Below, piece by piece: positions 48,134 to 57,094 of a stretch of 57,094 nt of DNA; the first letter of the stretch is position 1; every line of letters begins with the position of its first letter. Source of the DNA: Trichodelitschia bisporula. Its lineage: Eukaryota. Under the pieces are notes generated by a model. The model ran no database searches. It was not told the DNA's origin and was given only the letters and a program-made list of their open reading frames with translations. Both the position numbers and the translations under genes were made by a program. The DNA lies in contig ML996711.1 in the NCBI GenBank assembly GCA_010356995.1, positions 260,518 to 317,611 of the forward strand, read 5' to 3'.

Positions 48134-48536
48134 TCACAGCGCCGCGCCATCGTACGGCTTCAGCGTGATCTTGTCCAAGTCGACCCCATCAACCGCGCGG
48201 ACCTGTATTATCAGCATTGGTCCGAGTTCAGTTCCAACCGCCTACATTGAACCCATACATGCCCATGCCGCTGACGGCCAAGCTGGTGCCACATGTCGGG
48301 CAAAAGTAGTGCGAGATGGCCTCCTTGCCAAACTTGTACTCAGACAATCCCTCAAACCCGCCCTTCTCCCACTCAAACCCATCCGGGCCGACAAATTGGA
48401 GCATGTAGCCATTCCTGGCGCAGATGGAGCAGTTGCAGACAATAGTTTTGGCCTCCGAGTCCGTCAATTCCTTGGGCGGGGTGAACTTGACGACGTTGGC
48501 GCCGCAGTGGCAGTGGGCAGTGTAGGTGGGATCCAT
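48134..48536 (-). CDS. GFA / CENP-V / Mss4-like zinc-binding protein (119 aa)
   Basis: CHCG, CNCSIC, HYFCPTCG motifs. Intron 48245-48203 adds VRAVDGVDLDKITLKPYDG. TATAAA about 80 bp upstream. Confidence 0.92.
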
Positions 48537-50186
48537 TGTTGGAGAGTTCAAGCTCGGTAACTGGTGCAGGATGAAGATGGGACAAAGGTTCACAGCTCCA
48601 CCATATCCAGCCTTTATACCCGCCGTATGTCTTTCAGCTCGCTTCTTCTCCTCCTTTTCCCAACAACCCCGCTCCGTCCCCGCACGCAGGAGTCACCGTA
48701 ACGCCCATCTCCCACGCAGGCGTCGCGTCTAGCCATCCACGTCGCGCTGGCGCGCTATCACCTGACGCGCGACGCAAGGGATTGGTCGCTCATCGCCATT
48801 TTCGCTCAAGTGAGCAGCGGGTGCGCCGCAAGTATGACACGAGGATACGAGATGCAGACGCCGTTGAGGGTGGTTGAGGAAGATATATCAGTAAACATCA
48901 TGGTTTTGTCAACGTTGAGGTTGAGATGTTCGGGTCACGGTTCAACAAACGATGGTGAGTAATCAGTCTCTTTTTATATCATGCCTTAGGCTCTGGCCAG
49001 GCAAATATCCTCGTCGTCGCACAATGCAGTCAGCAAAGAAATTCGAAAACAGTTCATTTCCTCCTCCTCGGATGCGAACCCGTGCCATCTCGAGGGGGCC
49101 GCGCGGCACCCCGCCCCCTGTGTGCGGATGATTGGCGGTCTGTAAGGCTGGGCGGCCGGTTTGGGCAGAAGGGCTAGGGTTGGATTGGGGCTCTGCAAAC
49201 GAGGCTTTGAGCCAAAGTTTAATGGGATGGGGGATTCGTATTTCCGTGTTATCGCGGTCAACTGGAGTGACAAGGCAGAATGCCAGCGGTTCTGAAGTTA
49301 TGACGGCCTGCTTTGGGGGGTTGCTGCTGGCTGCCTGATTGAGCGTGGGACGGCCGAGAGAATACGAAAATCAAGGAGGAAGAAGCCAAGGCGGACAGGG
49401 AAAGATGCAGCTTGGCAGATGGGATTGATGTTTCGGGGAAGGCAGGTGAAGAGGAGAGGCCAAGAGAGTCATGAAAAGAAGGGAAAGAGGAGCGAACCGT
49501 CGTAAGACCAAAAGGTAGTCCGAAACACTGGAGTTACGAGAGCGAAGTCGATGATGCCCGGCAACCCTTTTGATGTCGTCGACATTTCAACTTGCGGTGC
49601 ATCACCCGCGAAATCCCATGGCAATCCGGCACGCGACCTTTATGGATGGACACACTCTCTTCGCCGATCCCATCCTTTCGATCCCCCTCCAGCCGCCAAT
49701 AGACTCCAGCCAACCCCCGCGGTAAACGCCTCCCGTGCCGACCAGGCGTACCAAGAGCTTGGCATGGCCGCTCAAAAGCCTACTTTCCATCCCACCTTGG
49801 AGCTTCAATGGCTTCTCAATGGCTATCTTTAAACGTAAGCCTCGCTGCCAAGCACGCCAAATGCCTCAAGCCCAGTGTCCGGCCGGCACGCGCGAGCCGA
49901 CGTCAGCAATCGAACAGGGGATTTCTTGGTGTGGGCCGCGTAGCGGTTGATTCCCTGGATATGGACCTTGTGGCATGCCACCCTCAACAACCTGGTCTAT
50001 CTCCAACTCTCTGCCAACGACATCTCGTCTCCAATTCAACCTTCCTATCTCTCCTTTTTGTTTTGTTTCTTACTGTTATCGTCGTCAGTGTGGTGCGGGC
50101 AACACGTTCGCTCGCAGGTTTTTCGTTCTCTCACTGCAGCTCGTTGCAGTTGATATCTTCTCCGACATCCTTACCTCCGCGCCACC

Positions 50187-51535
50187 ATGTCTTCGTCTTC
50201 TCCCAACCTCACAGTCCCCATCCACCAGCCAGAATGGAACAGCAAGCCGGCATGGAAACTGCCTGGCTGGGCCGAGCCTATTGTGCGGACTTCCCGTCGC
50301 GTGTACGGTATCACAGTGTGCTAACCCGCGCAGATGGTCGCTTCAATCCTCTTCGCCGCCATGTACTTCACTCGCCGGCGCAACTACTCCATTCTACCGC
50401 GTCGTGCCCCATACACCTCTTTCCTTGACGCGCCGGACAGCGCGCGTTCCTCCGACGACCTGTTGCCGTACGAAGCGGTCTCGGACTCTGACGAGGATGC
50501 CGCGTTCACGGCTTCAACCAAGTGCCCGCCGAAGCGGCGACGATGGTGCGGCTTCACCGTGTACACGCCGAACACATCGCGCTTCCGGCACCACCTACAC
50601 AGCCGACTGCTGCAAAAATTCCCGTTCCTGGTTGAGATGCTGTACTGGATCATCAACTACGCATTCTACCGCATGACGTCCATCTCCGCTCAGGCGCTGT
50701 TCGCGAAAACGGGCATCTGGAATGTGGCGCAGCGGCATGGACTCTGGATTCTCCAGTTCGAAGAGTACGGGCCTCTCAGCTGGCTTTTTCCTCTGAAGGA
50801 GCGGGATGTGCAGCGGTGGTTTATGGCCGGCCACCAGGATGCGCTGACGTTCCTCAACCGGACATACGCCCTGATTCACATCCCCGGTACCGTCGGGTAC
50901 GTCTCCCAATCCCTACTCCTAACCCTGACCCTAACACTCCCAGCTTCATCGCCTGGTATTACTACGCCGCGCCGTCGCACCGCACCTTTGCCATCGCCCG
51001 CCGCACCATGACCCTCACCAACTTCCTCGCCTTCGCCACTTTCGTCTGCTACCCAACCATGCCGCCCCGGCTTCTCCCCGCTGAATACGGCTTCCTAGAC
51101 AGCGTTCGCCACGACGACGCGCAGAGCGTATGGATGAGCGGGCGCTTCGTCAACGCCCTCGCCGCGATGCCGAGCATGCACTTCGGATACGCATTTTGCA
51201 TCGGCTGCACGCTGCTATGGCACTCTACGCTCCTGCGGGCGCGGTGGGGCGGCCTGGAGCGCGGAGAGCGCGAGAAGAGCCTGCTCGGGAAGATCGGCTA
51301 CGTGGCTCTGGGGTTCGGATACCCGGCGCTGATCCTAACCACCATCGTCGCGACGGCGAATCACTACTTCCTCGACGCGGCGGTGGCGACGCTCTACGTT
51401 TTCTTTGCGTTTGCGGCGAATCGCGTGTTTTTCGTGTTTATCCCGCTCGAGGATTGGTTCCTTTGGTGCATTCGCGCGGAAAAGCCGGTCCCGAGTACTG
51501 GGGAGCGGATGAGGGGTGGGGAGAGGGAAGGGTAG
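50187..51535 (+). CDS. PAP2-superfamily (Aur1/Ipt1-like) integral membrane phosphotransferase, 416 aa
   Basis: Exons 50187-50282, 50334-50896, 50944-51535. Motifs YPTMPPRLLP, AAMPSMHFGY, TIVATANHYFLDA and several TM segments. Confidence 0.88.
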
Positions 51536-52654
51536 GTGTTTAGATGTGCTTTGATCCATGCATTTTGGCGAATTGCATTTGCCGGTGGGATGAGTTATGG
51601 GGCGTGTTTAGATAATTTAGATTTGATCATGGTGTTTCGGGCGGCCTGCCCCGGTTCTTTGGGTCATCGGCGTACGTATCGTTAGATCATCTGAGTCTGT
51701 CACTGCATCACTGCACTGATGTGCTACAGTCTTCCTCAATATCAAGATGTTTGACCTCAGTGCCCTCATTAAATATCCACGCGACGTGACGTGGGACGTC
51801 TCCCGCTCGGAAAGGGCCTTAGTAGGCAATGGAAAGCAGTCAGGCTAGAAAGAAAAATATATATGCTCTGCGAAGGCGAGGGAGATGCCAAACTGCATCA
51901 CGACATTATCACTCATACTCCCCGCCTAGCGCCCCGAGCTTTTCTGACATCGCGCCTGTGGCATCTCCTTGTCACATCCTTTCAGGAGTGTGGTGATCGT
52001 TTGTACAAACACACTGACCACTCCATACGTCCATTTAGCTTCAAGGCATGAGTTCACAGCCCGCGCGATTCGGGTCCCTAATTTATCAAGGTAAATTTAC
52101 GAGTACGCACTGATAGGCAAATCGTGTACAAGCACCCTGTCACTGACCGTCATCGACTCTGATTTTTCAACACTTTTGGAAACGACCACAGTTGCAATGT
52201 CCATGCATACGATTGCAGCAGAGGGTTCTCACATTAAGGCCTTATGCGACTTTAAAAGAGCCTTATCACGGAACTCCTTCTCGTTACAAGGCTTAAGGCT
52301 TTGGAAACCAGTCAAGATAAACTACTGGACTCCCACGGATCTCGCTTGAGCAGCCGCCGGGAAGTAATATGAAACCTTCGAAATCGTCTTCTCGTGACGC
52401 GATTGCTTTCCGAGCAAGCATTTCACACGGAATGCAGGCCGTCGGACGCCATATCCTCCCCTTCTGTCCCCACAGCCTCGTGTGTGCTATATGTAAGCAC
52501 CCGCGTCCGGCCAGCTGTTCACTGCTGGGACAGACCAGTCGGACCAAGCAAGTAATCAAGAAAAATGCTTCGATCCACGACGCCACCACCCGAAATCGAA
52601 TATCCTCTAGATCCAGCCTGCAACACCAGCAATTCAACAATTTAATCCATATGC

Positions 52655-55249
52655 CTAGATACCCTCATGCTCATTCTCATTCCCAACGCTCAAACTCCGC
52701 TCATAAAACCCACTGTCCACATGCTCAATCCCGTGCGCCGCAAATCCTCCCAGCCCGCTGAAAAGAACGTCTCCCATGCCGCCCGTCACGCTCCGTACGT
52801 TACTGTGAGCAGGGCCGTCGAGCGTGCCACCGCCAATAGAAAGTAGAGGATCCTCATCCGCGTCCGGATCGTATGCTCGGGACTCAAGCTCGATGCTCCC
52901 TTCGTCGTCATCCTGAGGTTGGTACGTGACCGGCGGTGGCGGCAGCGACGCTGGCACCCACTGCGGCGGGGTAATCTTCGCATCGGTTCCTTCATCAGGG
53001 ATATCCGGAGGAAACATGCGGAACAACTCCGCCGCTTCGACGCGCTCCCGCGGCTCCCGACTCAAACACTTCCCAACAATCTCCTTATACCACTCCGGAA
53101 CTTCCTCCCTCTCCGCCTCCCCCACATCTACCCACCCACCCGGCCCCATCCCCGTCTCATCAGGCCCCCATCCCCACTCAAACGGCTGTTCTACACGCTC
53201 CGGCTCCGCGCACCCCACTCCAATTGCCCAGAGACACATTCCCAACTGCCACAAATCTGTTCTAACCCCAATGAACAACCCCACCCGCACCCCCGCCCTT
53301 ATCTTGTCTACGAGCTCCGGCGGTTCCCACCCCAGCGGACACCCGCGCCGGTTTACATCGATGATGAGCGCCCGGTCCTGCGCGTCTACCACGACGTTCG
53401 ACAGCGTCAGGTCGCCCTGCACGAAGCCCCCGCCGTGTAGCGCCGCTACGCCGCGCACAATGTCGCGCGCCCAGCGCACGCGGCGTGACCAGGGGAGCGC
53501 TGAACGCCGTGCGTCGTCGAGGATGTCGACCAGGGCGCCGCGCGGGGCGTACCCGATTAGCAGGCCCTTGACGACGGCAGCTTCGGCGTCGAGGACTAGG
53601 CCGGCGATGGTGGCGATGTTGGGGCAGGCGCGGAGGTCGTGCAGTGCGTTGGCTTCGTAGACGAATTCGTCGGTGGAGTCGGGGCCGGGGATATCTTTCT
53701 TGACGTAGATGCCGTGATCGGGCACCGAGACTTTGTACACGAAACCAGAGAGGTGGGACATGAAGTGCAGGTCCGGCTCTGGAACGGTGAGGAAGCCGGA
53801 TGCGGTGGTGAGGTTGGCGAAGAGCGCGAGGGGCGGGTAGGCGATTATTTCGTTGACGTCGCGGGTGACGTGCACGTTGAGGCGGCCTTTGACCGTCTCG
53901 ATCTTCAGGTTTGTCACCTCGTCATACCACCCGATGGCGGGGAGGCTAGCGCGGATGACGGCGTAGACGCGCGCCACCTTGTCTTTTTTATAGTGTAGCG
54001 AGTACACGTCGGCCTCGAGGGAGTCGGGCAGGCATTTGCGGTAGTCGATCGAGATGGTCACGCGTCGCCATAGGCGAGTGCCGGGGGGGAGGTAGGTGAC
54101 GAAGAATTTCTCGCGCGGAGACCCGTCGCGGAAGTTCATACTTAGGTTGAGGTGCCAGCACTGGTCGATTTCTTCTCGCAGCGCGATTTCGTCGAGGGCG
54201 GCTGTGGACGCGGCGTCTGCGTCTGCGGTATCGGGGTTTGCGGCTGGTGGATCATCTTGCGTTGCGGCCGCATTCTCGAAAAGCGTATCAACTGGGGCAT
54301 CGGCTTGCCGTGCGTCGGGTTCATCGGGGTTCGGTGCGTCGGGTGCACCGGCTTGCGGAGATTGGGAAACTGGCGTACCGGCTTGCGGAGCTTCGGAGAC
54401 TGGCACATCGACTTGAGGAGCTTCGGGAACTGGAGTACCGGCTCGCAGCGCGCCGGCAAGCGGAGATGCACCATAGTCTCCTGTATTTGAGTCCCGCGGC
54501 GCATCAACATCACGCGGTGGGACAGCGTTAGGCGGTACGTCTGTGGCTTCTGGCTTCCTATCATCTCCTTTATCATCTTGCTCCTTGTCCTCCGGTCTCT
54601 TGTCCACTTGAATCTTCTCAGCGGGCTTCTCAGCAGGCTTCTCCGCCAGTCCCTCCGACCGTCTGCTGACCGGTCGTGACCCGGGTATCACACCAAGTCC
54701 ACTTCTGCGGTCCGACGAGCGCGCCCGCCGCTCAACAAGCGGCTCTTCGACGGGAATCAGACGGTCACGCGCTTCCGAGTTTTGGCGCGCGATGGTCAGG
54801 TTGCGAGGGAGAGAAGGGACAACGGGGCGAGGGGGGCGCTTGAGGTTCTGCGGAGGTGAGAAGGCTATTGTATCATCTGACGGGTCCGTTGGTTGCGTTG
54901 AGTCAGGTTCCGAGGTGAGTTGTGCATGGTACTCGGCGACGGGTTGTGGGTCATCTCGTCTTGGAGTTGAGTCGCTTTGGACGGGGTCTTTGTCGAGCGG
55001 TGCCTCAGGTCCTGCGGCCTCCTTCACAGTGCCCAGCGCCCGAAGTGCCTCGGTGGGCTTCTTCCCCGCCTCCATCGTGCCAGTATCCGTCGTGCGTATA
55101 TTCCTCTTGCTTGATTTCTCCTGTCGTCTCATCCACAGCCCGAACCGCCGCCGCGCAACGCCGCACTTATCCCGCAGCTCACTGAACAGCGTCCCACAGC
55201 CAATATTTGCAGGCAAGTCGTCGTCGGCCTTCAGACGGACCTTGCGCAT
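52655..55249 (-). CDS. Protein-kinase-fold protein with non-canonical catalytic motifs; true start uncertain
   Basis: 864-aa ORF: HLSGFVYKV, VKKDIPGP..EFVYEANAL, RWARDIVRGVAALH, QGDLTLSNVVV, IIDVN, WEPPE, TDLWQLG, CLSREPRER. Splice-like signals upstream could not be resolved. Confidence 0.85.
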   Translation of the reverse strand: MRKVRLKADDDLPANIGCGTLFSELRDKCGVARRRFGLWMRRQEKSSKRNIRTTDTGTMEAGKKPTEALRALGTVKEAAGPEAPLDKDPVQSDSTPRRDDPQPVAEYHAQLTSEPDSTQPTDPSDDTIAFSPPQNLKRPPRPVVPSLPRNLTIARQNSEARDRLIPVEEPLVERRARSSDRRSGLGVIPGSRPVSRRSEGLAEKPAEKPAEKIQVDKRPEDKEQDDKGDDRKPEATDVPPNAVPPRDVDAPRDSNTGDYGASPLAGALRAGTPVPEAPQVDVPVSEAPQAGTPVSQSPQAGAPDAPNPDEPDARQADAPVDTLFENAAATQDDPPAANPDTADADAASTAALDEIALREEIDQCWHLNLSMNFRDGSPREKFFVTYLPPGTRLWRRVTISIDYRKCLPDSLEADVYSLHYKKDKVARVYAVIRASLPAIGWYDEVTNLKIETVKGRLNVHVTRDVNEIIAYPPLALFANLTTASGFLTVPEPDLHFMSHLSGFVYKVSVPDHGIYVKKDIPGPDSTDEFVYEANALHDLRACPNIATIAGLVLDAEAAVVKGLLIGYAPRGALVDILDDARRSALPWSRRVRWARDIVRGVAALHGGGFVQGDLTLSNVVVDAQDRALIIDVNRRGCPLGWEPPELVDKIRAGVRVGLFIGVRTDLWQLGMCLWAIGVGCAEPERVEQPFEWGWGPDETGMGPGGWVDVGEAEREEVPEWYKEIVGKCLSREPRERVEAAELFRMFPPDIPDEGTDAKITPPQWVPASLPPPPVTYQPQDDDEGSIELESRAYDPDADEDPLLSIGGGTLDGPAHSNVRSVTGGMGDVLFSGLGGFAAHGIEHVDSGFYERSLSVGNENEHEGI

Positions 55250-57094
55250 AGGTAAGCTTATTCGTCGTGAAAGTCAAGGAGCCCACAGCCATGCGGGTCT
55301 GCGGAGGCAACGCGCTGTATTCGTAACCGGCGTCGGCGCAGCGGGCACGGAGGCTAGGGCTGAGGGGTGAGGCTGGGTCTCGCACGCTGAGGGAGTTCTG
55401 GCGTCGGCGCAGCGCGAAGGAGCTAGCAGCGCATCGTCATCAGCATCGGCCCCCAAAGTCGGCGGGCAACTCACCTTTCCACCTACGGTCAGATCCTTTG
55501 TCACTCTTGGGTTGTGAGCGTTCACGCCGTGAACGAGGCCTGAGTCCTTGACGTGGCGCTCCAGGGTAAGGATGCGTGCGCCTGATCGGATCGTTGGCTG
55601 AGTGCCGAGAGGCAGGGGGGGCTAGCTCGGCGGGGGCTGGCGAAGAGGGGAGGGGTGAGGCTGACAGGACCGAGGTTGTTGCACCGTACACAAGTACGGG
55701 CATACGAATAGAGATTTTGAAAGGGGAGACAATTGATGACGAGACGAGAAGGAGTGCGCGTTGTCTTAAGAGCAGGCCGGATTTTGATGCCACTGCGGTA
55801 TTGGCCGCCCCAGCGGCGATAAGGTGCCTTGCCGCACTTGACGACACTTTTTCGCCAGCCTGATGCAACGAGTGATTCCGCTGGTGTACTCGGTGGATAT
55901 TTTGAGCCTGCCTGACTGAGCGGCCGCCGAAAACAGCTATGAGGCAAGGCTGTAGAGTCGCTGGCTATAGAGCACCGGTCGTTCGACATTTTTGCTCGAC
56001 TGGGGCCTCAGCGAGTTACCCGGCACTCAGCGAGTTACCCGGCGCCCCACAATCCATAAACCTCAACTCGAATAATCACACCTTGAAAAAATGGCAAAGG
56101 ACATGTCTGATTCCGCCTCCAAGTGGTCTATGGTGGCCTTAGACATGACTGAGTTGCTTGATTGACTAGCAGTGGGAAGTGAGCTGGCTATATACCTCGC
56201 CAGGAGACGACCCTTGTCTCCTGGTTCCACTCCAGCCACCCCAGGTTGCCGCCGCAAACTCAACAAGACACGATCATCAAATATCTCATATCCTCGAAAG
56301 AGAGGCAAGCGTGCCTGACCCAATCGCGCCGACCCCAAAAGCAGTCGATAGTGACGAGCTTCACGCTGAACGACTGAAGGAGCAGGAGGAAATCTTCGAG
56401 TACCTTTGTACGAGTGGATAAGTAGGATGAGAACCCAATATGCTTTCGAATCGCGACTATTTTCAGGGTAGACTGGCTGATATAAAGACGGGACGTAAGG
56501 CACAAAGGCACCAAACAAGTACGGTCAAGGCACTCATGAGTATGGAAGGCATCGTTTGTATTCTGGAAGGGACCCATCTGTGAGTTGGGCAGGGAGTGAC
56601 GGTCAATACTAGGCCTAGGGGCAGGTATTGACCAGGACAGTGGAAGGCGATATGGGACGACTGTTTGCCTACTGCTGAGGGCCCCACGACGCTGCTGTCT
56701 TCTTTGTCCTTTTCCAACCTTTTGAAAAGCTTACTTGCGCTTTGCCTATGACTGAGCGTTGCCTACATCACCTACCCTCCATCAAGGCTTTCGCCCACTC
56801 AAGCCGCCATCAACAGTTGCAGGTTCCAGCATTTGGTCCTAAACTCCAGCGGACCGCGAAACATCCCCCCAATGCCGAGGCATTCAAGCTATGCACAGCT
56901 AACCTTAAAGAAGGAAAGCACTGGGCGGGTTCGTAGGTGCTTAGATCTATTCAACGTCGTCTAAAAATGCTGGGAGCGGTGGGGCAGATGAAAGTGGGGT
57001 AGTTGCCGGTGAAGGTTTGCACACTGGGAGCGATACGCTGATACGTAAGGCTTTGCGCGGCGTGACTTGCTGCGGGTATGCCTAGGTGATTTCC

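Noticed and set aside
55250..55870. Possible extra 5' exons of the kinase gene
   Set aside because: Candidate donors and acceptors did not give one consistent in-frame path; left unresolved.

Overview
Eukaryotic, GC-rich, intron-containing DNA from a filamentous ascomycete (Pezizomycotina, inferred from gene content and short 40-130 nt GT-AG introns with CTRAY branch sites). I can support 18 intact protein genes plus tRNA-Ala(AGC). Housekeeping and conserved genes are OPT transporter, DUF1774, EMC4, AP-2 beta, RTR1, BBC1, HOS3, a Zn2Cys6 factor, MTR10, SmE, FAU1, ROT1, a GFA/CENP-V protein, an Aur1/Ipt1-like PAP2 protein and an atypical kinase. The left 16 kb is more accessory-like: an orphan membrane protein with 65-aa repeats, a spliced 101-aa 10-Cys secreted protein, and a PAN + repeat + GH128 secreted protein. 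Two lesions stand out: an intron-retaining malate dehydrogenase pseudogene fragment next to a longer decayed ORF, and a BTB gene whose two halves join out of frame (apparent internal deletion). ROT1 needs a GC-AG intron. No transposase, rRNA or CRISPR was recognised. I found no convincing new multi-gene system; the best candidates for novelty are single proteins and lesions. All family calls come from motif recognition by eye, not database searches.
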